64,000 nucleotides of DNA from the NCBI RefSeq assembly GCF_001194135.2, contig NC_068991.1, positions 15,045,761-15,109,760 of the forward strand, given 5' to 3'. The translations under genes and the position numbers were made by a program. Below the pieces are notes generated by a model. It searched no databases and was not told the DNA's origin. It worked only from the letters and a program-made list of their open reading frames with translations. Position 1 is the stretch's first letter; each line of letters opens with the position of its first letter. Shown piece by piece: positions 38,628 through 51,574 of the stretch. Source of the stretch: Octopus bimaculoides (taxonomy: Eukaryota).

Positions 38628-39763
38628 CTGCTGCTGCTGTTGAGTTTTCCTCTGCATTTCATGCAGCTTTTGCATGAGTATTCGCTGGTGGTCTGTCGAT
38701 ATGGGACCAACGTAGTAGCGATTGTCCAGTGGCTGTCCGCTGGTAGCCTTAGTGATAACGGGACTGCTGCCCTCCTGACCCTGGTTTGAAGAGGCGGAGG
38801 CTGCGGCGGCTGCGGCAGCGACCATCATCGGGAGCTTACCGTAATGCCGGCCATCAATTTGTAGCGAGCCCAGAGATTTGATGGCAACTACAAGGTCATC
38901 AATATTATATGTAAACTGGATGTCGACTTTATGATTTGGGTGAGGGACGCGCAAGGGCGAGTCAATTAATTTCTTCAAATTCTTCTTCATGTAATTTTTG
39001 GTATACAACAGCGACAGGCTGCTGCCAGTCTTAATGGCATCTTCCACAAAAGCGACACAGTGTGTTGTCCTGTCATCCAAGTAGTTCACTTCGTTGGTCA
39101 GCTTTACCAAGTGGTCCTTCTTTTGCCGACAGGCAAAATCTAATTCAGACATAACGTTCTTCAGCCGCCTCATCACCTCTTGGGTTATCTTCTCCCCGAG
39201 GCTCTTGATTTCATAGACGACGATCTGCTCCCGATCCCGGATGTCTGTGTGTCTCTGTTTGAGAAGTTGCCTAGCTTGCTTTATCTGCCCCTGCTTTTCT
39301 TTAGCTTTCATCAACAGCTGATTAAGAATCTGCTTCTCCTTGTTGGATGCCTCGTGCACAAATAAGTACTTGTGTTCTTTATGTTCAAGAAGCTGGCAGT
39401 CTCGGCAGGTTACCTTGTCACAGGTTTCACAGAATAACTTAAGGGGTTCCTGCTTGTGCAATTTACAATAGACAGTCTTTTCACTGCTGATGTTCTGATT
39501 ACGAATTGCCTCCTCCTTTGTGACCACCGTGTGGTCCTTAGTAACTCGGACTCTTTTGTGCGCTTGCACACATTGCTTGCACAGCCATTCTCCACAGTCT
39601 CCACAGAAGGATGTAGCTGAGTCACCCTCCTCACATGCAGTACACAAAAAACTGACATCTTCAGTCTCTTCATTAGAATTGATTTTACTCTCCAGGTAGA
39701 ATTCGTTGTTTATGATAGCTGCTCCTGGGAATTCCATGGAACATGTTGGACATTTCAAACAGT
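38335..39763 (-). CDS. TRIM33: Internal coding exon of a TIF1-family (TRIM24/TRIM33/bonus-like) E3 ligase/co-regulator: RING C-terminal CPxC, B-box1, B-box2, coiled coil, Ala- and Gln-rich low-complexity region
   Basis: ORF 38331-39800 contains LKCPTC, B-box1 CTACEEGDSATSFCGDCGEWLCKQCVQAHKRVRVTKDH and B-box2 CKLHKQEPLKLFCETCDKVTCRDCQLLEHKEHKY, closely matching TIF1 consensus from memory. Acceptor ttttgtcttttcag|AC at 39763 (phase 1); donor CCTAG|gtaagt at 38335 (phase 2). The symbol is a family-level label, not a TRIM24 vs TRIM33 orthology call. Confidence 0.92.
38514..38642 (-). repeat. Coding CAG/CAA repeat: Q10-H-Q-H-Q30
   Basis: Counted directly from ctg/ttg triplets on the plus strand, in frame with the TIF1 exon. 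Confidence 0.95.
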
Positions 39764-39932
39764 CTGAAAAGACAAAAAAGAAAAAAACTTCAATTAACAA
39801 ACAAATAATTTTATTTATCTAAATTATGTTTATAGATATATGTACAGGATTCAATGAGTATGGCTCTTAAATACACACTAACAGATTAAGAAACTTTTTC
39901 ACCAACAGATGCCCTCAGTCCCAATAATAGAT

Positions 39933-40153
39933 ACATCTTCAAAACAGCACAACAGACAGGTAGACCATTACACCATACACAGACATTCACTCGCAATGTT
40001 TCTAGGCTATCATATCATAGACACATAGAGGAAAATATTCTAACATCTTCAAAATACCACAACGGACAGGTAGACCATTACACCATTCACAGACATTTAC
40101 TTGCACCGTTTCTAGGCTATCCATATCATAGAGACATAGACGAAAATATTCAA
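39933..40153 (+). repeat. 110-bp tandem duplication, two diverged copies
   Basis: acatcttcaaaa...gacaggtagaccattacacca...gaaaatattc starts at 39933 and at 40043. Confidence 0.85.
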
Positions 40154-40796
40154 ACACAATATTTTAAGTCTTAAATTATTGTAGCACTTTCTTGATGTAA
40201 ATCTTTCAGTCCTGTTAGAAATTAGAGATTTTTAAGGAAAACACAAGAACTGCATGAGTTTAGATGACACTTGGTGACAGGGTGTAATGCATGTTGGTAT
40301 GCAATCAAGAATGTGGTCTTTAGTAGTAGCCCTGCTACTGTCACCTGCGCAAATAGATTAAATAAGTTGATTACAAGAAGTTCTTTTATGAAACGAGACT
40401 AAACTTTTTATTTTCTCACTGTGGAGAGAGCTTAGATTTTAGTTTTCAGTCTAAGGCCATAGCACTTCTTGAAGTTCAGTTATGTGTTGCTGAAGACTCC
40501 ATGACAGCTGTAGTTACTTAACAATACAGGCACAATTTCAAAGACATGAATATGACAGTGTGGATATGGAGTTGCATAACTACATGGTCCCAAGTTCTGT
40601 CTCATTCTGTGGCACCTCAAGCAAGTGCTTTCCACTGTAGCCTCACACTGAGCAAAACAAATTTTCAAGAAGAGGGAGAATGAAAATGTTTTTTACAAAG
40701 AAGTACAAAATGAAGAAAATAATATATAAAAAAAAATAATATATAAAAAAACCCCATGCTAGCATGGAAAGCGGACGTTAAACAATGATGATGATG

Positions 40797-41188
40797 ATTA
40801 TATTGTCTTTGAGCTTTTAAAGTTCAATGGTAGTCCAGGTATATAATGGTTGGGAAAATAAGGTTGCATGAGAATTGAGATTTGTGTTAGGTTTAAAAAA
40901 AGAGAAAAGGGACTAAAAGTTTGTGTTAAGCAGGAAGTATGGTGTCAAAACAGGAAGTGTGTGTGTAAGGGGAGACATCTTTTTAGTTGGAGTTATGAAC
41001 TCTTTTTCAACAGGAAGTCTACACACACTTCCTGTTTTGACACCATACTTCCTGCTTAACACAAACTTTTAGCACCTTTTCTCTTTTTTTAAACCTAACA
41101 CAAATCTCAATTCTCATGCATCCTTATTTTTCCAACCATTATATACATGGATTACCATTGAACTTTAAAAGCTCAAAGACAATATAAT
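40797..41188. repeat. Foldback element with ~170-bp inverted arms and ~52-nt spacer
   Basis: 40797-40967 is the reverse complement of 41020-41188 with few mismatches. Confidence 0.9.
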
Positions 41189-41780
41189 GTATTGGTATAT
41201 TTATTTTNNNNNNNNNNNNNNNNNNNNNNNNNNNNNNNNNNNNNNNNNNNNNNNNNNNNNNNNNNNNNNNNNNNNNNNNNNNNNNNNNNNNNNNNNNNNN
41301 NNNNNNNNNNNNNNNNNNNNNNNNNNNNNNNNNNNNNNNNNNNNNNNNNNNNNNNNNNNNNNNNNNNNNNNNNNNNNNNNNNNNNNNNNNNNNNNNNNNN
41401 NNNNNNNNNNNNNNNNNNNNNNNNNNNNNNNNNNNNNNNNNNNNNNNNNNNNNNNNNNNNNNNNNNNNNNNNNNNNNNNNNNNNNNNNNNNNNNNNNNNN
41501 NNNNNNNNNNNNNNNNNNNNNNNNNNNNNNNNNNNNNNNNNNNNNNNNNNNNNNNNNNNNNNNNNNNNNNNNNNNNNNNNNNNNNNNNNNNNNNNNNNNN
41601 NNNNNNNNNNNNNNNNNNNNNNNNNNNNNNNNNNNNNNNNNNNNNNNNNNNNNNNNNNNNNNNNNNNNNNNNNNNNNNNNNNNNNNNNNNNNNNNNNNNN
41701 NNNNNNNNNNNNNNNNNNNNNNNNNNNNNNNNNNNNNNNNNNNNNNNNNNATATTATATATATATATATATATATTATAT

Positions 41781-42162
41781 GTGGCTGTGTGGTAAGTAGC
41801 TTGCTTACCAACCACATGGTTCCAGATTCATTCCCACTGTGTGGCACCTTGGGCAAGTGTCTTCTCGGGCTAACCAAAGCCTTGTGAGTGGATTTGGTAG
41901 ACGGAAGCTGAAGGAAGTCCGTCGTATATATGTATACAAAAATGTATGTGCGTGTATATGTTTGTGTGTCTGTGTTTGTCCCCCCCACCATCGCTTGACA
42001 ACCAATGGTGGTGTGTTTACGTCCCTGTAACTTAGCGGTTCGGCAAAAGAGACCGATAGAATAAGTACTAAGCTTACAAAGAATAAGTCCTGGGGTCGAT
42101 TTGCTCGACTAAAGGCAGTGCTCCAGCATGGCTGCAGTCAAATGACTGAAACAAGTAAAAGA
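41781..42162 (+). mobile_element. Copy of the second SINE family
   Basis: Same head and tail as 33403-33997. Confidence 0.85.
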
Positions 42163-42224
42163 GTCTACATAAATGTTGAACGATGAAAATGAGTGCTGGT
42201 GGACATAATTTTTTTATTTGTGGA

Positions 42225-42350
42225 TTAAGGCTACCATTGGTTTCGTGTTAAGAAAAGTAGGAAAATATCCTACTGTTTTAACAATTTTTCAAATTAAGAC
42301 ACCAGGATATTTTCTTGCTTTTCTTAACATGAAACCAATGGTAGACTTAA
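42225..42350. repeat. Imperfect foldback with ~57-bp arms
   Basis: ctaccattggtttcgtgttaagaaaag / cttttcttaacatgaaaccaatggtag. Confidence 0.8.
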
Positions 42351-42669
42351 TTCATATATATAACAGTATCAACTAGACTTTCAGATACTGTTACACACCA
42401 CATCTTTTTTATTTACCTGTAATTTTTAATTTAGCTCAAATGTGTGGCAAGTTTTGATTAATTAGTATTGTGAGTCATTATTATATGCATTTTTATGTAT
42501 TTATGTGCATTTATTTCATTTAATTGATTGTGTGTATATTTCGTTTTCTAGTTTTCTTCGAAAGTAAATTCCAGTATTTCATTCTGTTTCACTCGTCTTA
42601 TATGCACTAACACTTTAGTGTTCATATGGTTAAATGTTACATGTTATGCTTACTGATTCAAATTCCATC

Positions 42670-42980
42670 ATCATTTAACATCCTTTTGAATTAATCATGC
42701 TTATTTTGTAGCTTTATTTTTTGATGTGGTTGTTTATTTGCAGAATGACATTGTGGGGTAAGTGCGACATGCCAGATCTGGCCAGCCTAAACATATGACA
42801 AGTAGAATATTTGGGCTGGATATAGCCAGTTTAACATTTTGGCATTCAGATTATTTTGTCAAATGTAATGCTTATTTATTCACAGTTTTGAATTAATCAT
42901 GCATTATCTTATAGCTTTCAGATTTTGATGATGTGTTTATATCATATTTAAATGACATTGTAACATAGGTGTAATGTCTG
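42670..42980 (+). mobile_element. Two adjacent partial copies of the ~215-bp MITE
   Basis: The internal consensus gaattaatcatgc...aatgacattgt occurs twice. Confidence 0.65.
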
Positions 42981-43241
42981 TCTACACATTGGGCCTGCAT
43001 TTCTTCAATATAATACTTTTTCAAGGGGTTATGTACTTTTGTCAGATGTCACTTTGTCAAACATCTTTTCGTCCAACATCTTTTAGTCCGATGATTTTTT
43101 TTGTCCAACGACAGATCCTATCAATAAAATTCTCAATGATTATTTGATTTTGATGTTCACCTTTTTTTCTAAAGAGTTTATTTTAAATTGGACAAAAAGT
43201 GGTTGGACACAAAAAAATCATTGGACAAAAAGATGTGGACA

Positions 43242-43300
43242 GAGTGACTTTGGACCGAGTGACTTTGGGCCGAGTGACTTTGGGCCGAGTGACTTTGGAC
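43242..43300 (+). repeat. 15-bp minisatellite GAGTGACTTTGG(A/G)CC x4
   Basis: Read directly from the sequence. Confidence 0.9.
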
Positions 43301-44314
43301 GAAAAGTTGGGTCATGCTTTTTCAAAATAGCTTCCCCTGATTCCTCTTTCAACACAACTTTATTTTATGGGCTGTTATTTCCATAAAAGCTAAAACGAAA
43401 AGAACTTCTTGAAAATTACTCGAACCTAAAAATACATTTATATATACACACTCACGATGACTTGCATATCTATTTTTAATGTGATCTAGAAAATTCAAAC
43501 ATGAATATGCTATTTGTTGTCACAGGAGAACAACTCTTTATGACAAACGCATGTTTGTAAGAAAGTCCCAAACAAAGCAAGAAATCATTTAGTGTAAAGG
43601 ATTATTGGGAAGGAGAAATTAAGACAAAAGGAATAAATTTACTTTAGATTTGAAAGAGTTCAGGTCATAAGAATGAGGAAAACAATGAGATGAAAGAGAG
43701 TTCCGAAGTCTGGCAGTTTGAGGGAAAAAAGCCACAATTGTAGATTTCCTTATTCATCAAAGCCCAATATTGATTAACAAAATTCATATCCATTCCATTT
43801 TGTTTTTTGTCTATTCGTTGTTATGAATGGATTATAATAATTTCTGACAGATGCATGGCCATGCATTTCAGATAGAATAGTTGTTTAAAATGATTTCTGT
43901 TCTCCAACCAATGTTTTCATCAACCCTTGAAGGGTAAAAGATAATGTTGATCTCAGTGAGATCTGAGCTCTTCTGAGTTCAAATCCTACTGAGATCAACA
44001 GGATTGTGATGAAAAAAAATAATTGATTGTGCTCCTGCATGGTTCTTTGACCTACTGTAACCAAATCTCCCTAAAACCACGGTTAACTATGTCAGAAAAA
44101 AAAAAGCCAGATTGAATAATGCGGTTCTGGGATACAGTAAATCTCAGGAAAAAAAGCACTGTGAAGTCATGATTAGAATGCATTTGATCATTTATCTGCT
44201 TAATCGCTTTTAAACTACAATAACATCAAGGAATAGTAAAATACAATTTTTTTCAATGAGATTGGCAGCTGTGAAAAATGTGAAAATTCTATAGCAAGAC
44301 AATTAATCATAATG

Positions 44315-44570
44315 ATATTTAGCATCCTCTTTCCATGCTGGCATGGGCTGGAAGGTCTGACCTAGAGCTAGCAAGCAGGGAGCTGTCCAGACTCCAATTG
44401 CCTGTTGTGGTATGGTTTCTACGGCTGGATGCCCTTCCTAACGCCAACCACTTAACAGAGTGTGCTAGGTGCTTTTTATGTGCCACCGGCATGGGTCCAT
44501 TTACACAGCACCAACACAGGAGAATTAACACGGCAAAGGCACGGGTGCTTTTTAAGTGGCACCAGCATCT
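44315..44570 (-). mobile_element. Diverged minus-strand copy of an RTE-tail repeat
   Basis: ttccatgctggcatggg...ggatgcccttcctaacgccaacc is the reverse complement of the family tail. Confidence 0.7.
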
Positions 44571-45102
44571 GAAAGGACAAGCCTGTAATGTGTGGAAGAC
44601 AGCGGTTTTACTTAGCTCAACGTGTCTGTCTTATCAAATACAGAAAATCCCTACATCTCCCAGTCCCTTGTCGTTTCCTCAGATCCTTTCTCACCACTTT
44701 CTCCCACATCTTCCTGGGTTGACCCCTTTAACATGTACCCTCGACAATTACAGCTTGTACTTCTTTACGCAGCTGTCCTCATCCATAAGCAGTGTGTGCG
44801 TGTGTGTGTTTTAGATACATACATATATACACACACACATATATACATACAGATATATATATACACACACGCATACATACATACATATATATATTTATTA
44901 TAGAAGGAAAGGGGAAAAAATCCGGCTCCAACATGTAAGAATATATCAAAAAACGTTTTTTTGCATATTCTTACATGTTGGAGCATTTTTTCATGTTTCC
45001 TTATTTAACTTATATATATAATTATCATTTTAGTATAATTTAACAAGGTTTGTAGCATGTTGGCCACTTGATATTATTTACATGATTTTATCCTTGTTTC
45101 TA

Positions 45103-45156
<54 letters not shown>

Positions 45157-45377
45157 TATAATATATATAACAAAAAANNNNNNNNNNNNNNNNNNNNNNN
45201 NNNNNNNNNNNNNNNNNNNNNNNNNNNNNNNNNNNNNNNNNNNNNNNNNNNNNNNNNNNNNNNNNNNNNNNNNNNNNNNNNNNNNNNNNNNNNNNNNNNN
45301 NNNNNNNNNNNNNNNNNNNNNNNNNNNNNNNNNNNNNNNNNNNNNNNNNNNNNNNNNNNNNNNNNNNNNNNNNNNNN

Positions 45378-45423
<46 letters not shown>

Positions 45424-45637
45424 TAAAATTTATATGCATATATTTACATTAAAAACTATATGTATATATTTACATTAGAATCTATATGTATATATTTACG
45501 TTAAAATATTTATCTATATATTTACGTTAAAATATTTATCTATATATATTTACATGAAAACCTATATATATATATATATATTTTACATAAAAACTTTTGT
45601 TTTGCATAAAAAACATACTTTACATAAAAAATATATA

Positions 45638-45925
45638 TCATCATCATCATCGTATAATGTCCCTTTTCCATGCTGGCATGGGATGGACGGTTTGACAGAT
45701 CTAAAAAGCCAGTGGTTGCACCAAGCACCAATCTGATCTGGCAATATTTCTACAGCAGGATGCCCTTCCTAACGCCAACCACTCTGAGAGAGTAGTGGGT
45801 GCTTTTTATGTGCTGCTGGCACAGGAGCCAGTCATGTGGGTCTGGCATCGATCATGTTTGGATAGTGCTTTTTACGTGCTACCAGCACAGGAGCCAGTCA
45901 GGCGGACTTGGCATCGACCATGTTC
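45638..45925 (-). mobile_element. Diverged minus-strand copy of an RTE-tail repeat
   Basis: (CAT)n followed by ttttccatgctggcatgg...ggatgcccttcctaacgccaaccactctgagag. Confidence 0.7.
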
Positions 45926-47474
45926 AGTATTAGTTTCACAGCTGGCTACTCTGTCTAAATTCAACTATTTTGCAATATACATAGTTACGGTGTAGAAGAT
46001 GACTAATAAAAGAAATACTGAAACAGCTTGGTAGAAGCTCTTCAAACCAGCCCAGAAAAGAATTCAAAAATTCAATGAAGATTACAACAAAGCTTTTCAA
46101 CCCTAGACATTAGAATCAGAACAAGGAGGAGGAGGAGGAAGAGGAAGGAGTGCTCATATTTTGGTACCACGTCTATGAGAAAGCTTCTACATGGTTGCTT
46201 AACTTGGTAAAAGCACCAGCTAAGATTCCTTCAAGTCACACTAAATCATGTAAACTACTGAATTATAAACTGGACAATATAGTCTCTGATGTACAAAACT
46301 GATAGAATGGTCAAAGCTGGAATACTTTTAGACAATACATCCACTCATTACATCCACACACACACACACACACACACACAGTGGGCTTCTATATCTGCTT
46401 GGTCAGCCCTAGGTGATAGAAGAAGGTACCTGCTTATGATGCCTCAAATTAGGACTAAACCTAAAACCATAAGGTTAGGAAGCAAACTTCTTAAACACAA
46501 GCCATGCCAGCACCAAAGGAAAGGAGAGAGAAAACATTGATGATAATATAAATAAAACAGCATAAGGAAATACCAAGCATTGGAAATAAAACAAAAACTC
46601 ATATGTTGGGTAAAATTAGAAACAATGCTTTGATGTTAACTTAGGCCAGGCAAGAGAACAATCCCAGCCTCTCCAAATGACAAACAGGACTGAAACTACA
46701 TATTGTTTATATCTAAATCAACATCTTGATCCAAACCTCATTATTACGGAAACAATAAATGTTACTATTTCAGAAAATAAACTTTTGTCTCTGTCGTGGA
46801 GTGAACCGACACACCCACACGACTGTCAGTGGACTGGACTTAGTCTATAAACAGATGAGCCAGTAAGTCGAACTGTGAGAGCAATAGTCTTGTTGTTGAT
46901 TCTGTGATTGAGTATTGGATTGATATTGTGCGAATGGTTATAATAAGATAACTGACATAAGATAATCATTGCTGATTGGGTGCTACTCTGGCATGTGACC
47001 TACACCCTAAAGGGAGATTACTTCAGGTTACTCTTTAGTTTACTTCTCAATTTCTAAAAAGACTTCGTTGACTACAGATTTTTTTACAATAAATTTCTTT
47101 GTACATACTTAGCATTGTAAATGAGTTTTTCAAAATTCTTACTATTTCAATAATAATAAAACCATATTTCATTTATGTCTTAGTAAATAACAATAATAAA
47201 AAACCAAGAATAAACAATATAATAATTAGAATAAGTGCATAGATCACACCAAGTTTGGTAGCTGCGAGTTTTGCAACGTAAAGAAACTAAAAACTAACCT
47301 AAAGTAATCACCCGTTGTAGATCACACAACAAAGTAGCAGTGCTTATTGTTACATTTGGTATTGTGATATATAATATCATAACTGACAATATAATAGTCA
47401 CCTAACATCAGTTTAAAACACTTTAATACATTCTGATTACTTACTTTTATGTAAATTAGAACTCGTCATAAAAA

Positions 47475-48392
47475 TGTGGTGGTATTTTGAAGTTCCTGGA
47501 CTAGTTCTGTAGTACGCCAACAGATGGCAGCAAACAATTGCATATGCAGTTAGAGCTGGCAGTGATCTTCATGAGGCAGTGTGCTGAGTGACATTGCTGC
47601 GTTTACTTCACAAGTTGTGAAATTTGTGCTTTAGTGATCACATGTATGCTGTAGCCTGTGATTTTTGTCATGGACAGGAACAAAGCGCCAACGTGAAATT
47701 TTGCGTTAAACTTGGGGAAGTCTGATACAAAAACATTGAGCAGGCTTCAGCAGGCTTATGGCAATGGGTCATACGCCATGTTTTAAGTGACATGAGTACT
47801 TCAAAGGCAGAAGAGCATCTCTGGAAGATGATGAGCAATCTGGATGACCTGTCATGAGTGACACCTCCAGAAACATGGTATTATGCATCGGGAATTCATT
47901 CCCCAGGGCCAGACTGTCAATCAAGAGTTCTACTGCAACGTTTTACAGTGTTTCATGGGGGGGGGGCATTTTGTGATAGCAACTGGATCTGTGGAGCGCA
48001 AAGAATTGAATTCTTCATGGCAACAATGCATCGTCAACAAGGTCTCCTCACTTGTGAGTTTCTCGCCAAAAACCACATGGTATCGCTTCTGCACCCACCC
48101 TATTCACCAGATTTAGCCCCTGTGGACTTTCAACTTTTCCCCCAAGATGAAAATGCAGCTCAAACGTCACTGTTTTAACACCATTGTCAAGACCTAGAGC
48201 GAATCACAGAAGGTCCTTGACTCACTTACGGACAATGACTTCCAAGACGGATTTCCAAAAATGGTAGGAATGCTGGGACCAGTGTATTGTTGTGCAAGGT
48301 GACTATTTCAAAAAGAGACGATGTTAAAACTTATGTAAATAAACTATTTCTTATTAAACATAACTAGTCCAGGAACTTTCTGATACTTCATA
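47475..48392 (+). mobile_element. Internally deleted mariner (Tc1/mariner) transposon relic
   Basis: 17-bp inverted core AAGTTCCTGGACTAGTT (47490-47506) / AACTAGTCCAGGAACTT (48362-48378). Fragments EQSANVKFCVKLGKS...LQQAYG and HPPYSPDLAPVDFQLFP. Confidence 0.85.
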
Positions 48393-48747
48393 CCGTCTGC
48401 AAGAAACTGAAATGTTTTCAGTAAGAAAAGATTTTTTTATCAAACAAGGTTTTTTTCAAAGACAAAAGCCCTATTCACATTTAACAGTTTTAGCATGTAA
48501 ACCAACTATATCTGGCTCAAGCATTCTACCTGCTTTATGTTCAATCCAACCAGATCTGGCCTCTCATACCTATCTTACAATGTCATTCTAAACAAACAAT
48601 CACATCATTGAAATCATGAAGCTATGAGAAAAATCAAGATTTTCTTTTTGTAAACAGTGATACAGACAGACACACATGCATATATACACAAACATACACA
48701 CAAAACACACATTCATGTTATCATTAAACTAAATATGGTCACAAAGA

Positions 48748-48787
<40 letters not shown>

Positions 48788-49169
48788 GAGAGAGACGGAC
48801 AGAGGGAAAAAGAGAGAAAGAGGCCATCACTAGACATTCTAATATGCTGATTCCAAGAAACTAACAAAACACTGTGGGACTGGGAAGACTAACAACAGAA
48901 GACATCTTGCCCAAAGTGTTACACAAGAGAACTGAACATAGAGCTATGTGGTCTACACAGCCAGGTCTACAAAAATCAATGTCAAAATCTGTAGAAATAC
49001 TGAATACTTCTTTTAAAGTCGACCACTAGAAAGTATTGACTGATAAGTTCATGATAAGTTTAAAAAGACAAAAACCAAAGAAATAAAAATAAGTAGGACA
49101 TATAAGACCAAATGGAAAAGCAACTTCATCAGTTTTCCAACAAGACTCAAAATTTTCAAGTCCCTGATA

Positions 49170-49500
49170 ACTTCAATCCTTCTGTAATTGGTATGAGAGC
49201 TGAACTCTTACAGCTGACACAACACAAAGAAGCCAGGCATTTGAGCACATGTGTTTCAGATTGTTACACATCTCATGCGCAGCACAAAACAAATATCTGG
49301 TCAAGCAGCAAGCCATCAAATTTGACAACAGACAGGAACGACTCCTTGCACAGATAACAAGACAGAAAGTTTGCCTGGTATGGTCACATAACTCACCACA
49401 ACTCCCTGTCCAAGGACCATCGTTCAGAGTTACAATTGAGGGAGAGCAAAAAAGATAGGTAGATAGAAAAAAAGCTGGTATGACAACATCAAGGACCTGA
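49170..49500 (+). mobile_element. RTE/BovB-like LINE ORF C-terminal relic
   Basis: Frameshifted LLAQITRQK..WSH......VTIEGEQKR.GR.KKSWYDNIKD resembles RTE C-termini. Confidence 0.6.
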
Positions 49501-49648
49501 TATGTCACAACACCGTAACTTTGCTATGTATAATAGAAAAGAACAATAGTTATGGCTAACCGCTAAAATGTCAAGAGTAGCATGCCAATGACAGGCAGCA
49601 AACAGTTGCGAGAGAACCTGAGGATGATATTCTAAATATAACATTTGG

Positions 49649-49987
49649 TGCCAGTACTGCCTGACTGGCCTTCATAGGATTTTCGAGCGAGATCGTTGCC
49701 AGTGCCCCTGGACTGGCTCCTGTGCGGGTGGCACATAAAATACACCATTTTGAGCGTGGCCTTTGCCAGTACCGCCTGACTGGCCTTCGTGCGGGTGGCA
49801 CGTAAAAAGCACCCACTACACTCTCTGAGTGGTTGGCGTTAGGAAGGGCATCCAGCTGTTGAAACTCTGCCAAATCAGATTGGAGCCTGGTGTTGCCATC
49901 CGGTTTCACCAGTCCTCAGTCAAATCGTCCAACCCATGCTAGCATGGAAAGCAGACGTTAAACGATGATGATGATGATGATGATGAT
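49649..49987 (+). mobile_element. Short copy of the RTE 3'-UTR repeat family
   Basis: Same consensus with internal subrepeats, (ATG)n tail. Confidence 0.85.
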
Positions 49988-50613
49988 GTTATCTGTGCTT
50001 GAATTTATAGACAAGATGTTTAAGCTGCTTAGCAACCAGCATCTATGGAAATAGCTTTCAAGAAGAACTCATCTGTGATTAAAAGAAGGCATCCAATTAG
50101 CGTTTCTTAACCTGTCAACTAAGAAATTTATTGGAGAAAAATTTGTTACCTCATTACCGTCATTGCTATTATCATCGTTAAATTTAATATGGTCACAAAA
50201 ATGGTGTTCCTATGCACACACGTGTATGCGTGCATGTGTCAGTGTGTCAAAGGGTGTCGCTTGACACACTTAGGTTTGCTGATCCCATCACACAAGCAAT
50301 CAAGAGACCAAGTGGCAGTATGAGAATTGATATGAGAGTGAATTGAAGGCTGAAGAGGGATGTAGGTTAATCAAATTGGTAGAGAATAACAAGCGATACA
50401 GAGAAAGAGTGGCAGGAAGAGAATTTTAAAAAATTGATGAGATATTTCATAAATTAACAAAGTCAACAAGGAGTTACATTTCAAGACAACCAATCAAATG
50501 CAAAAAGATGTCATTAAGTGTCACGTACTACTGTTCAGCTAACCAATCAAAGTCTAGATTGGATATTATGAAGATTAAGGAAAACTCAAGGAAAAGTGTG
50601 TGTCTCTACATAG

Positions 50614-50767
50614 AGGCATGAACATGGCTATGGGGTTAAGGAGATTACTTCCCAATCATGTGGTCTTGGATTCAGTCCCAGTGTGTGGCACCTTGGGCAA
50701 GAGTCTTCCACTATAGCTCTGGGCCAACTAAAGCCCATGTTGTGTGTGTGTGTGTGTGTTTGAGTGT

Positions 50768-50845
<78 letters not shown>

Positions 50846-51045
50846 ATATTGTTTGTCTCTCACCATCATTTAACCAGTGTCAGTTTGTTTACATCCCGGT
50901 AGAGTAGCAGTTCAGCGAAAGAAGCCAATAGAATAAGTACCAAACTTAAGAAATATGTACTGGGGGTCAATTTGTTTGACTAAACCTTTCAAGGCGGTGC
51001 CCCAGCATGGCTGCAGTCCAATGACTGAAACAAGCAAACGATAAA
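50614..51045 (+). mobile_element. Diverged copy of the second SINE family
   Basis: Same architecture with a (TG)n centre. Confidence 0.75.
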
Positions 51046-51360
51046 CAAGAAAGAATGTTGTAATACAGGAATTATCACAATAAATATTCTTATTCAGAAA
51101 TATTTGTTTGCACCATATCTGAGCAGTTAAAACAGAAGACAGCTTGGTGCTATGAAACTATGAAGCAATCATGACAGTTAATTTTTGAGTGTTTGCATTA
51201 CAGGTGAAAAGCAGCAGAAGGTTAAGATACGAACATATATGCAAACAATTACACTGAGACACAACATATATACTGAGTTTATACACAGGAACAGATAACC
51301 AGCCGTTTATTTCTTTTATCACAGTCAAGAAATAAGCTTTACAAATCTTCCAAAAGTCAT

Positions 51361-51524
51361 AGGCGAAAGATAGGGTTGTGTGGTAAGAAACTTTCTTCCC
51401 AACCACATGGTTCTAGGTTCAGTCCCACTGCATGGCACCTTGGGCAAGTGTGTTCTATTGCCTCGGGCTGATCAAAGCTTTGTGAGTGAATTTGTAGATG
51501 GAAACTGAAAGAAGTCCAATATAT

Positions 51525-51574
<50 letters not shown>

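Noticed and set aside
38486-38789. Poly-Leu, poly-Ala and poly-Ser ORFs overlapping the polyQ
   Set aside because: Alternative frames and antisense of the CAG/CAA repeat.
43144-43386. ORF with SDFGP repeats; also possible CRISPR-like array
   Set aside because: Translation of a 15-bp minisatellite with no spacers, in a eukaryotic context.
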